Of a DNA stretch of 64,000 nt, positions 25,492 through 48,586 are shown piece by piece (the stretch's first letter is position 1; the number at the start of each line of letters is the position of its first letter). Location: the NCBI RefSeq assembly GCF_009914755.1, contig NC_060930.1; one strand, given 5' to 3'. Both the position numbers and the translations under genes were made by a program. Under the pieces are notes generated by a model, which made no database searches, was not told the origin of the DNA, and worked only from the letters and a program-made list of their open reading frames with translations. The stretch comes from the human T2T-CHM13v2.0 reference genome, Homo sapiens.

Positions 25492-27123
25492 CCTCTCCCT
25501 CTCCCTCTCCCTCTCTTTGGTCTCCCTCTGTTGCCAATACTGCCGTGATCTCAGCTTGCTGCAACCTCCCTGCCTTGGGGTCCTGTGATTCTCCTGCCTT
25601 GGTCTGCCGAGTGCCTGGGATTGCAGGCGCGCACCGCCACGCCTGACTGGTTTTTGTATTTTTGGTGGAGACGGGGTTTTTCCGTGTTGACTGGGCTGGT
25701 CTCCAGCTCTTGACCTTGAGTGATCTGCCCACCTCGGCCTCCCAAGGTGCTGGGATTGCAGACAGAGTCTCGCTCACTCAATGCTCAATGTTGCCCAGGC
25801 TGGAGTGCAGTGGCGTGATCTCGGCTCGCTACAACCTCCACCTCCCAGCTGCCTGCCTTGGCCTCCAAAAGTGCTAAGATTACAGCCTCTGCCTGGCTGC
25901 CACCTCGTCCAGGAAGTGAGGAGTGTCTCTGCCTGGCCACTCATCGTCTGGGATGTGAGGAGCGCCTATGCCTGGCCACCCCATCTGGGAAGAAGTGAGG
26001 AGTGCCTCTGCCCGGCTGCCACCCCGTCTGGGAGATGAGGAGCGCCTCTGCCCGGCCGCCCATCATCTGGGAAGTGAGGAGCGCCTCTGCCCGGCCGCCC
26101 ATCGTCTGGGAAGTGAGGAGTGCCTCTGCCCGGCTGCCCTGTCTGGGAAGTGAGGAGTGCCTCTACCTGGCCGTCCCATCTGGGAAGTGAGGAGTGCCTC
26201 TGCCCGGCCGCCACCCCATCTGGGAAGTGGGGAGCGCCTCTGCCAAGCTGCCCCATCTGGGATGTGAGGAGCACCTCTGCCCAGCCACCCCGTCTGGGAA
26301 CTGAGGAGCGCCTCTGCCCGGCTGCCCCATCTGAGAAGTGAGAAGTGCCTCTGCCTGGCAGCTGCCCCATCTGGGAAGTGACGAGCATCTCTGCCCAGCC
26401 GCCCCATCTGGGAAGTGGGGAGCGCCTCTGCCCGGCCATCCCGTCTGGGAAGTGGGGAGCTCCTCTGCCCGGCTGCCCCATCTGGGAAGTGAGGAGTGCC
26501 TCTGCCCGGCCACCCCATCTGGGAGGTGAGGAGCGCCTCTGCCCGGCCGCCCATCGTCTGGGATGTGAGGAGTGCCTTTGCCCAGCTGCCTCGTCTGGGA
26601 GGTGTACCCAACATCTCCAAAGAGACAGAGACCATCGAGAACAGGCCATGATGACGATGGTGGTTTTGTCAAAAAGAAAAGGGGGAAATGTGGGGAAAAG
26701 AAAGAGAGATCAGATTGTTACTGTGTCTGTGTAGAAAGAAGTAGACATAGGAGACTCCATTTTGTTCTGTACTAAGAAAAATTCTTCTGCCTTGGGATGC
26801 TGTTAATCTATAACCTTACCCCCAACCCCGTGCTCTCTGAAACATGTTCTGTGTCAACTCAGGGTTAAATGGATTAAGGGCGGTGCAAGATGTGCTTTGT
26901 TAAACAGATGCTTGAAGGCAGCATGCTCATTAAGAGTCATCACCACTCCCTAATCTCAAGTACCCAGGGACACAAACACTGCGGAAGGCCACAGGGACCT
27001 CTGCCTAGGAAAACCAGAGACCTTTGTTCTCCTGTTTATCTGCTGACCTTCTCTCCACTATTATCCTATGACCCTGTCACATCCCCCTCTCCGAGAAACA
27101 CCCAAGAATGATCAATAAATACT

Positions 27124-27149
<26 letters not shown>
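25492..27149 (+). mobile_element. SVA retrotransposon (older, SVA_A-like), antisense in GSTA6P intron 1
   Basis: Short (CCCTCT)n head, antisense Alu-like region, GC-rich ~40-bp VNTR (~25880-26600), SINE-R, AATAAA at 27114-27119 and poly(A). TSD AGAACTAATAGTT (25479-25491) / AGAACTAAACGTT (27149-27161). Confidence 0.95.
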
Positions 27150-27154
<5 letters not shown>

Positions 27155-27729
27155 AAACGTTCTAAAGACTTAGATTCACCTGTAAGTTCTAGGAAATTGC
27201 TCTCAAAACATTCTGCCTAGCTTTGGAGCATAACAACCTTAAAGAAATATTGAAAAGCCAATGGCATCAACACTTGACAACAAATCAGAAAGCACTTCCT
27301 GAAGGAAGCATTAATGTGTGATATCTACCATCAAGTTGTAAATCAGAATTGTGTTTGGCAGGTGTTGGTATCTCTTTGCTCAGCAGGAGATGGAGGTTTG
27401 GAGAAGCAACTGCAGACATGGAACTGTCCAGTTGTATGTCCCTTTTACCAGTCATTGGGAATTCCCAAGTCTGTGATCTTGCCAAACGTAAATTCGCAAT
27501 AATTGTGTGTTGATTACTTGTCTAGAGAACGTAACTTTAGCATAAACACCTACCTTTCCTCTGGCAATGATCATATTCTTAGATTAAGTAAAATGACATC
27601 ATGACTATTATTTCCCCTCATGACATTAATTTTTCTACTATCATTAAATTCTCGTTGTCTAGTTTTCTAAATTCTTCATTTTTCCATTTCTTTAATGATT
27701 GTGAGAATTGTCAAAGTCAAAAGGAGTCA

Positions 27730-28432
<703 letters not shown>

Positions 28433-28615
28433 AATGTATCCAAAAGCAGGTGAATGCAGAACTTTTAAACTGTCATCCAAGCACACAGAGAAGGCATTAA
28501 TATGAGTATAAAACAGATTTTTCTTGTGCCAAGGACATATTTTAAAGTATTTTTCTAGTGACCTAGATGGGAGGTCATGAGGTAATACAGGGAGATTTCT
28601 AACATTGGTATTTAC

Positions 28616-28860
28616 TTTGTTAAAGGCTGTCACCCTTGGGGCTCCACAACTTAAGGTCCTAATGTGGTTTATAAACTACATGTTCATTTCAATAACTCCC
28701 TCCCATTGAAAGGAATAGAGTCAAGTTAAAAACAGCCACTCCCACATGTTTCAGGGCCACAGGACTGCCTACTAGATCCTAAGAAAAATGGCAAGTCATC
28801 ATCTTATCACAAGGTAACTGGTTAATATGTTCCTTTTCAAGGTTGGCAATAAAAGTCTAA
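28616..28860 (-). promoter_or_regulatory. GSTA6P: GSTA6P exon-1 homolog (28616-28651) and retained promoter
   Basis: Donor ACAAA|gtaaat intact. TATAAA at 28673-28668, GGGAGGG box, GATA at 28803-28809. HNF1-like block 28817-28850 is identical to GSTA5 47745-47778. Confidence 0.8.
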
Positions 28861-29045
28861 CCAAAAATTTCAACAGATTTTGCTCTCTTTACAGCAAGTC
28901 AGTAGAAACTGGCTTTTTGAAGACGCTCATTTTTAATGACTTGGATGTAAGGACTAAGGCAGATGAGAAATCTCTGCTGGGAGCATAGCTGGCAGGGGAT
29001 GTCTGTGAAGGGCAGGCTGATGGCACTCTGGAAGGCTTCTCTTAC

Positions 29046-29237
29046 TGGGTTGCCACACAAAATACAGGGCACCAAGGTAAATATGAATTCCAGGCAAAGG
29101 ATCAGTCATTTGTTAGTGTAAGTATGTCCCAAACACTGTAGGAAACATGTTTATACTAATACAGTATTGATTACCTATCTAAAAATTTACATTTATTTGG
29201 GTGTCCTGTATCTTATCCACCAAATCTGGCCACCCTG
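29046..29237. mobile_element. MER53 MITE (GSTA6P upstream copy)
   Basis: Paralog of 4976-5167, with ends gggttgcc...ggccaccctg. Confidence 0.75.
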
Positions 29238-29635
29238 TTTTTATAGTGTTTCCTCTCTGCATTGCTCAAATCACCCTTCCTGGCCTCTGGGCCTTTGCAC
29301 ATGGTATTTGTCCTGACTGGAATATTCTACTTTCAGCTCCTACTGTATTTTCTCTATTGCGTCTTTCCCTACGTTAATTTGACATGAAGTATTCAATATC
29401 ACATTTCTCCCTAGACCTTGAGCTCCTGAGAGCAGAGCCGCCTTCTTATTTGAGTCCAGTCCTTATTGTCTGGGACAAAACCTGGACATTGTAAGAACTC
29501 CTAGAATAAGATAGTTTTAAAATTTACATGGAAAAATTCTAGCAAATACTAAAGTAGAGAAAGTAATATAACAAGCCTGAAGGTACCCATGACCTGGATT
29601 CATCAATTGCCAGCAATATTTCTTCATCTATACAA

Positions 29636-31518
29636 GGTAGTGGATTAAGTTATGTTGGCTCCCAAGCAAGGTATGTTCATGTCCAAATCCTTGAGTCCTT
29701 TAAATGCGACCTTATTTGGAAAAAGGTTCTTTGCAGATGAAGTTAAGGAACTTGAGATGAGATAATCCCAATATATCCAGATATGCCCTACGTCCAATGA
29801 CAAGTATCCCTGTGTGTCCGGAATTGGTGGGTTCATGGTGTCGCTGACTTCAATAATGAAGCCGCAGACCATCGTGGGAGAGTGTTACAGCTCTTAAAGA
29901 TGGTGTGTCTGGGATTTACTCCTTCAGATGTTCAGATGTGTCCAGAGTTTCTTCCTTCTGGTGGGTTCGTGGTCTCACTGGCTTCAGGAGTGAAGCTGCA
30001 TACCTCCTCGTTGAGTGTCACAAGACAGCATGTCTGGAGTTGTTTGTTCCTCTCGGTGGGTTCAAGGTCTCACTAGCTTCAGGAATGAAGCTGCAGATCT
30101 TCATAGTGAGTGTTACAGCTCATGAAGGCAGTGCAGACCCAAAGAATAATCAGCAACATTTACTGCAAGCAGCTAAAAAAACGAAGCTTTCAAACCATGG
30201 AAAGAAACCCCAGCTGGCTTGCAGTTCCCGGCTGGGCAGCCTGCTTTTATTCCCTTGTCTGACCCCACCCACATCCTGCTGATTGGTCCATTTTACAGAG
30301 AGCTGATTGGTCCGTTTTGACAGAGTGCTGATTGGTGCGTTTACAAACCTTGAGCTAGAGACAGAATGCTGATTGGTGCATTTACAATCCTTTAGCTAGA
30401 CATAAAACTTCTCCAAGTCCCCACCAGATTAGCTAAATACAGAGTGCTGATGGGTGCATCCACAAACCTTGAGCTAGACAGTGCTGATTGGTGCATATAC
30501 AATCCTCCAGCTAGACATAGAAGTTCTCCAAGTCCCCTAGCTAGACATAAAAGTTCTCCAAGTCCCCACACGACTCAGGAGCCCAGCTGGCTTCCCCTAG
30601 TGAATCCTGCGCTGGGGCCATGGGCAGAGCTGCCCGCCAGTCCCGCGCCCCATGCCCGCACTCCTCAGCCCTTGGGCAGTCGATGTGACTGGGAGCCACG
30701 GAGCAGGGGGCGGTGCCCATCAGGGAGGCTCCGGTGGGTGGGAGCCCGTGGGGGCAGGGGGCCAGGGGAGGGGGGTTCAGAAATGGCGGGCTGCACGTCC
30801 CGAGCCCTGCCCTGCAGGGAGGTGGCTGAGGCCCGGCCAGAAATCGAGCGCGGCACGGGCGGGCCGGCACTGTTGGGGGACCTGGCGCACCCTCTGCAGC
30901 TGCTGGCCAAGGTGCTGTGCCCCTCACTGCCCAGGGCCAGGCGGCCCACTCTGAGTGTGGGGCCTGCCGAGCCTGCCCCCACTCAGAACTCGGGTTGGCC
31001 TGTGAGCGTTATGTGCAGCCCTGGTTTCCACCTGCGCCTCCCCCTCCACACCTCCCCTCAAGCAGAGGGAGCCGGCTCCGGCCTTGGCCAGCCCAGGGAG
31101 GGGCTCCTACAGTACAGCGGTAGGCTGAAGAGCTCCTCAAGGGTGGCCAGAGTGGACGCCGAGGCCAAAGAGGCACTGAGAGCAAGCGAGGGCTGCTAGC
31201 ACGTTGTCACCTCTCACCTGCAACATAGAGAACAGAAGACACAGACACGCAGAGGGTGAGGTGCTGGAAGCCCTAGGCAGAAAGTAGAGTGATGTGGCCA
31301 CGATCCATGAAAGTCCAGAAATGCCAAGAGCCCCCAGAAGTTATAGGAGGCAGGGAAGGATTGTTCCCTAGAACTTTCAAGGCAATGTGGCCCTACTCTC
31401 ACCCTGACTTCAGACTTCTGGACTTCAGAATTGTAAGAAAATGCATTTCTGTTGTTTCAAGCCACCCAGTTTGTAGCTTGTAGGAATCTGCGAGAAGAGC
31501 CACAAGAAAATGATGCAA
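29636..31518 (+). mobile_element. MLT1-type LTR interrupted by LTR12
   Basis: Homologous to 5280-5600 on both sides of the LTR12, and continues to the normal MLT1 3' end (ctggacttcagaattgtaagaaaatgcatttctgttgtttcaagccacccagtttg). Confidence 0.75.
29813..31216 (-). mobile_element. Solo LTR12 (ERV9; LTR12C/D/E-type), co-oriented with the GSTA genes
   Basis: Minus strand runs tgagaggtgacaacgtgctagc...ccaattccggacaca. Tandem ctgattgg (CCAAT) repeats at 30279-30492 and a GC/CpG-rich U3. Perfect 4-bp TSD CCTG (29809-29812 / 31217-31220). Confidence 0.93.
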
Positions 31519-33323
31519 ACTCCCATGTACTCCCTCCACTACCAGGGGATTCTTTTCAAGCAAATCCCAGATAGCATATCATTTCATCTGTAAATACTAG
31601 TATTCTTCTCTAGCAAGGAAGAATTTCCTTTCTAAACACAAGCGCACTATGATTATGTTTATTATGATAATCTTTTATCAAATTAAAATTCTATAATTTC
31701 TTAATTTCATCAAAGTTTCAGCATTCTAGTTCATGTGTCCCATAAAAATTTCTTAGCACTTTGTTTATTTTGGTCAGCATCCAAGCAAGGTCCTTACAAA
31801 GCATTTGAGGGATATGAGTCCAGTTTTTTAGAAATTAATGAAAGAATAGAGACAGTCAGGTAGAGTGTGTGGAGGTTTGTGAGTTCTCAAAGCCCAGTCT
31901 CATATACCCAGGTTCTGGAGGTGCATAGAGCTGTGTATGGGTCTGTGCAGATGTCATTGTCCATTAGTGATGAAGCACTGGGGACCCAGCAGGCCAAGCC
32001 CCACACCACCAGCTCACAGTACAGGGGAGCAGACACAGTGGCCCTCAGGTGTTATTAGAGGCTCACTGGGGCCCGGTGGAGGGCAGAGGACAGCCCGGCG
32101 TTCCTGGGAAGCAATGAGGTAGTGTTAAGTGTGTCCACTGGGAAGGAGCTTGCCAGGCAGGGCTAGCAAATGCACCTAGGCAGGAAGGCAAGAGGCCCCA
32201 CCATGCTCAGAGGGTGGATTGGGCTGGAGATCAAGGAGTGTGGACGGGTGTGAGGATACCTTATATATGCAGTCAGGACTCACTGCAGAATTCTGTGATT
32301 TTTTTTTCCAATTTGTATTTTAGAAAAGCTACGCTGGGTGTAAGTGGAGAAGAGACTAGAGCAAAGTGAAGCTGCAGGTAGGAAGCCTGTGTCTGTCTGC
32401 TCCCTCAACCACCTCTGCCAGTTGTGGGGAAGCTCATTCTAACAGGAGAGCTGAAATTGCAGAAGCCCAGGTGTCCTAGGGGAGATTAACATTATAGGCC
32501 CAGTATGTGGGTGGAGCTAGAAAGCACTCCTCATCTAAGCACTCTGGCACAATGACACACCACGGAAAAATGATTTTGCATATAGTAGTTATTTATACGT
32601 AATTCACATATACCATCTGTATCTTGGCAGCCCAGGCCTGAGTGGCACTGAGGGAACTGAGGGAATGTTCATGACGGTGGCCCCCACAGAGCCTTAAGGA
32701 GCAGAGTGAGGATGAGCCAGGAGCACACGCACTGTAAGGGACAACAGGGTGGCCTGAGAGCAGAGGGTGGGTCTGTTTGCTCTTCAATATTTCCTCACCT
32801 CCTAGAAAACTGAGGAATCCACAGCACACAGAATCGTTGTTTTGTAAATGGATAAGGAAGAACGCTTTTATCAGAAATAAAATGACTGTCCAGGAAAAGA
32901 AGAAAATGTCTTTATGCCATTACCCAGGATGGTAACTCTTCTCCTGTGCATACCTGAGAATGTCAGAGTGCATTTCTACATTGACATTTTAATAGATTGT
33001 ATGACAAATGTTACAGGACAATTCTTGGAAAAGTCAAACAAACCACATAATCTATAGTTTCTTCTTTTTTACCAAATTTTTAATTCCAAGAAAGTGGTAG
33101 GTTAGGAGGAGATTAGAAATCTGAATTCATATCAGATACTAATGAAAACAAATCAATTTTAGCTAAGTTGACAGATAAGAGTTATTTATTATTTAATTAG
33201 CATGTAATTGGAAAGAGTTTATTAGCTTTACAAGAGGCACAATCCACACTTAGGTAAAGCACTTCATTGTTGCAAACTGTAGAATATTGGTCTGGCATGT
33301 TCTTGGCCTCCATAGCTGCTTTA

Positions 33324-42289
<8,966 letters not shown>

Positions 42290-43878
42290 GATAGCAGTCT
42301 CCTGGAGGTTTCTCTAAGCCTGAATGAATGAATGAATAATTGAAACGATAGAATCAAAAATGTACTTTAGGATGTGTGGTTGAAAACCACAAACAATGCT
42401 GAAGAAGAACCTGCCTTCTTCATGACTGGGTTGAAGGAGTTCCTGGAATGTTTTCTTGGCTCAAATTGTTACCCAGCAGTGGCCACCCTCAAACCAGTCT
42501 CAAGTCTTCATTGTTTACCTGTGACTTTTCTTGGCAGCCTAAGAGGTGAGAGTATGTGGTAATAATACATGTACAGGAGTTAATGGAAGGGGAAGAATTC
42601 AAGAACTAATATTTATTGAAAACTTCCTCATGATCCTTCCTCAATGCTAGTCCCTTTCAATATTTTATATCTTTAACCCTCCTTATAGTCTCATTAAATG
42701 GTTGTTTTCTCCAATTTTTAGTTAATGAAATCGAACATCAGAGAAATACAATGTTCACAGTCACACTCTGGTTGGTGATGGACATGAATATCTACACCAA
42801 GGACTAAAATGAAGTCACGCCTGGAAGACATCTGGGTGAAGGCCCTGGGAACCCATGAACTGGTTGTGAAACCAGAGGATGTCACTGACAGGGAGGACCG
42901 GCAGGGAGCTAAGTCACTCTTCAGCTCTCTGGCTGTGAGACTGCATTTGATCAAAACCAGAAATTAGGCTTCAGACTTGTTTTACTGTAGCTAGAAGATC
43001 CAAAGTCTTTCAACAGAGAATGCTAATACCTTGCTTCTTTTGGTGTTCTATATTTTAACTCTGTGGGGGGCATTTTGTTTTATAACCTGGCAAAAGAGAT
43101 GTTGCTGCATTAACTTTGCAGGATATGGAAGGAGCTAGCATTTGTTCAACGTCAGTCATACACTGGCCATTCTTCTAAACTTCTCTCATTTTGTCCTACA
43201 AAAATCACCTAAGGTGAAAGGCTGTTGCTATTCTCATTTTACAGTTGAGGATACTGAGGTTTTTAAAGTAACTTACCCAGATTAAGTGGTGGATCTGGGA
43301 TGCAGACTCACTGCTATTAAAAACTAAAGACTGAGTCTTATTTTCTATGTTAATGTTTCTCAAATATGCATGGTAATCTTTCAGTAGATTGTGAAACCCC
43401 AGTACTTTTTAAAATAAAATAGAAAAGAATAAAAATATCAGTGAGCATGACATGTTGAAGGGTAAGTAATGTTTCATGAGTTGTTAGTTTCAGTTATTTG
43501 TATATTGTGTGTATGGATGTTTGCATGTGTGCACGCTCACCTGCTTGTTGTAAATGGTTAGAGAGAAATTGACTGGGCTCATCAGTGAAGTTTGATAGCC
43601 CTTGCTCTATCCCAGGCTGTTTGGGAGGTGGAACATAGCAGAGTATCAGAGAATGAAAACCAATGGCTGCAAGGACAGATGCAACTAATTGTATCATGAA
43701 TGTGAATGGAAGGGCACAGGACTCATTGAAAGCAGGAGTTCCAGTGCCAGGACTTAGGAACAGTTGCATTTTCTCTCCAAACCCCCAGCTCTGTTATTAA
43801 ACATTAAGATTCTTCTTGCAAAGTTTTGTGGTTGTTGAGTTTAGAAGAAAAATATACTTGCCTTTAACAACTAATGTA

Positions 43879-45020
<1,142 letters not shown>

Positions 45021-47539
45021 TAGACATCAAAATCTTTTAAATGTCTACATTTTAAAATGTGGGAGTCAATAGTTTAGCCTTTGGAAAGTAAAGAATTCTT
45101 TGAAATCATACTGAATCAACTTACCTGTTCTGTGATTAGATATTTTGATGTTGTACTTTCCTAACTTGGGAAATGCAAATAGCATTATTCAGCAGAAAGA
45201 AAGGGAGAGTGAAGTTCACACAAAAGTGTGGGGCGCGGTTGTTTAATTGTTATGGACTAGAGTTCACAGTGTCATGATTCCAATCCCCACACTAAGCTCC
45301 CTTAGCCATTGATTGAGAATCATGTTTCAAAAGGAAATGAATTTTTATCTTATATAATATTTTATCACAACACTCCTGCTGATAACTAACATATCGCCTC
45401 TCAATATGAGGTTTCCAAGGGTCAGGCTAAGACTGGGGCAGAGGTTACCGTTGAGCTTTGTTCAGTCAACACAAAATGAGAACCTGAGAGCTCAAGGATT
45501 TGCCATGGGTCCACACACACATGCTCCTCATTCATGGTCAATATCTAGGGAGTGTGTCTACCTTCTGCAACAACCCTGGGAAATGGCTCCTAATAGCCAT
45601 TCAATGGGTACATTGAGTTTCAGAAAGCTAAAGCACCTATCTCATGCTGCACACTTGGTGAGTGTTGGGTCAGCCTGAACTCCTTCTGATTGCAGGACCA
45701 GAGCTTTTCCACTCCACCTCATAATCTGGCTCTCTGCTCCTGTCTGATTATGTTGTTTTATATTTTTCTATTCATAGTATATTAGCCAACTAAATGTTGG
45801 AAGGAGAGGGTGAGAGGGGAACATCTAATTCATGAGTTCTTACTCTTAGCAACTTTTCAGGGGCTTGCTTGGAAGGAAAAAGTAATGAAAGTGTGTCTTT
45901 CTCTACTTTGACAACCTAAAATCCAGAGTGAGTCGAAGACTAGTATAACTGTATTTACATCAATTAAAAATGGGCTTAATTTGAAAGGAATATAAGCTAT
46001 GGTAATTCCAGGAGTAAATTAAAAGAATTACATCTCTGAGGTGGTCCCAATGACACTGTTTCTTATCGGAGAGAAGGGAGAATGAGATAAACCATGACTC
46101 CTCCCATTACAAGGTTCATAAAAGCTGTAGGTTGTTTAGTCTCTGAGCCTCAATTTTCTCTTCTTAGAGTAGAGGTAGTTATTTCTACTTTTGAGGGTTG
46201 TTGAGAAAGTTAAATGAGATAACGTACAAAAAATTCATAGTAGGAACTCAGCAATGGGTGTTTGCTCTTGTCCCAGTGCTTGGAAGATGGGTGAGTCTCT
46301 GGACACATTGAGTAGCCCATGGATCTTCTTTCTTTGATCTATCTATCCATTAATTATTTTACCTACCAACAATCTATATATATGTATCTATTTATAATCC
46401 TTATCTGTCTACCCATCCAAGTATGTATTATTTTATCTATCAATCGTTCTATGCATTTGTCTGTAATCTGTCTGTCTCTTCATCATCTATTATCTATCTA
46501 TCCATATCTCTAGATCTCTATATTTTGTCCATGGAACTCTAGTAGGAATAAATTTTTATATGAATCCAGACATATCAAATCTGTCATATGGTGGCTCTCT
46601 GTTTCTCTCTCTCTTTCCTTTTTAGCTTCTGTACAGAGGTTAATGATATTCACTAATCAGTCCACCTGGATTAACAGGAAGTTTCCAGTGAATGTCCAAG
46701 CAGTGGGGCACATCGGTAACATAGCCTTGCTTAGCCCCATGAATTCATGTAGTCCCATGGTTCTCAACTGGGGAGATTTTGCTCCTCTGCTCCAGAGGAC
46801 ATTGAGCAAGGTCTAGAGACATTTTGGGTTGTCACATCTGCGGGGAGGGAGAGGGCGCTACAAATCAGATAGGTAAAGGGCAGGGACGCTTAGAAACCTC
46901 CTAGAGTGGGCCGGACAGATCTCCATTCAAAGAATTACACAGTTCAAAGGGCATCAACAGTCAGAGCCTCTTTCTTAGCTATCCTGTAGATTGGCCGTGA
47001 GTTGGTAGTACTCCAGAGACAGAATATGACTTGTCGTCAAGCTAATTAGTGGCAGAGGCTCAACTAGAATCTAGTCCTCCTGACATTCAAACTAATTTAT
47101 TCTAATTATAATAAACCTTAGTTTTGAATTTTCACAGCCAATATAGTATTACAGGATCACAACTTACAACAATTATGTTTTGACTACTTATATAGAGAAA
47201 GAAATTTTTGCATACATTGCCACTTCTTCCAGCACTGATTATTCTCAGATTGTTTAAAATGCTACCATTTCTTTTTTCTCCTCATGTCATTGTTTCCCAT
47301 ACCATTAAATGCTGAGGCCCTGGTTTTCTAAATTCTTCATTTTTACATTTCTGTAAAGATGTATCCAACAGAAAAGAAATAAACAATTCTTGAACTGTCA
47401 CCCAAACACACCAAGATGGCACGATATGAGTAAAAACAGACTTTTCCTTGTGCTAAGGACACATATTAGCATATTTTTCTGGGAGGCTAGAGAGGAGCAT
47501 GTGAGGCAATGTAGAGGGATTTATAAGATCAGTACTTAG

Positions 47540-47790
47540 TTTGTTAAACTCTGTCACTGTCGTGGCTGGGCAACTGAATTCCAGGTCTTAATGTATTTAT
47601 AAGCTCTTTGTTCCTTTCAATAGTTCCCTCCCACTGAAAGGAGAAAGGTCAAGTTAGGGAAAACCCACTCCCACACATTTCATGGCCAAGGGGCCACCTA
47701 CTGGATTCTAAGACATGAGGCAAGTGATCTGCTTATCAGAAGACACTGGTTAATATGTTCCTTTTCAAGGTTGGCAATTAGTTTAAACAA
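47540..47790 (-). promoter_or_regulatory. GSTA5: GSTA5 exon-1 homolog (47540-47575, donor mutated) and promoter
   Basis: Colinear with GSTA1 4555-4800. TATAAA, GGGAGGGAAC, GATA and HNF1-like sites present. Donor reads ACAAA|ctaagt. Confidence 0.85.
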
Positions 47791-47961
47791 TACATTTCAC
47801 CTAGATTTTGCTCTCTTTTCAAGTCAGCAGAAACTGGCTTTTTAAAGATGCTTTTTTTTGTGAGTTGGATGCAAGGACTAGGGCAACTGAAAAATCTCTA
47901 TTGTGAGCATAGCTGGGAAGGGATGTCTGTGAAGGGCAAGTTGATGGCACCCTTTTCTTAC

Positions 47962-48153
47962 TGGGTTGCCAAATAAAATATAAGACATCCATGTAAATGT
48001 GAATTTCAGGCAAACAATCAATAATTTTTTAGTTATACCTATGTTCCAAACACGGTATGAAACCAGATTATACTGAAATATTATTTACTGTTTATCTGAA
48101 ATTCACATTTAGGTGGGTGTCCTGTATTTTATCTGACAAATCCGGGAACCCTA
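47962..48153. mobile_element. MER53 MITE (GSTA5 upstream copy)
   Basis: Paralog of 4976-5167. Confidence 0.78.
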
Positions 48154-48265
48154 TCTGCATATGCTTTCCTCTTTGCGTCACTCAAATTGCCCATAATATA
48201 ACAAATCTGAAAGCATCCATCACCTGGATTCATCAATTGCAAATAATCTTTCTTCATCTATACCA

Positions 48266-48586
48266 TATAGGGGGTTATGTTGGCCCCCTAGAAAGACAGG
48301 TCCATATAGAAATCCCTAGATCCTGTGAACGTGATCTTATTTGGAAAAAGGCTCTTTGCAGATGTAATGAAGTAAAAGAATTTGAGATGAGATCATCTTG
48401 GTATATCTGGAAAGGCCCTGAATCCAATGACAATTGTCCTCACTGCAGAGAGAAGAGAAGTCACAACACACAGAGGGTGAGGTGCAGGAAGACAGAGGCA
48501 GAAATTAGAGTGGTGTGGTCACGATCCATGAAAGTCCAGAAAGGCCAAGAGCCCCCAGAAGCTAGAAGATGCAGGGAAGGATTCCT
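48266..48586 (+). mobile_element. MLT1-type LTR, truncated at the same point as 5280-5600
   Basis: Near-identical to the GSTA1-upstream copy, including the deletion junction. Confidence 0.75.

Noticed and set aside
25475-26775. Cluster of long overlapping ORFs (up to 227 aa) with repeated peptides; superficially array- or CRISPR-like
   Set aside because: They are translations of the SVA Alu-like region and GC-rich VNTR. The units are contiguous tandem repeats with no unique spacers and no cas genes.
30444-31199. 251-aa plus-strand ORF and CpG-island-like composition
   Set aside because: Lies wholly in the antisense of the GC-rich LTR12 U3, where stop codons are scarce. No domain recognisable.
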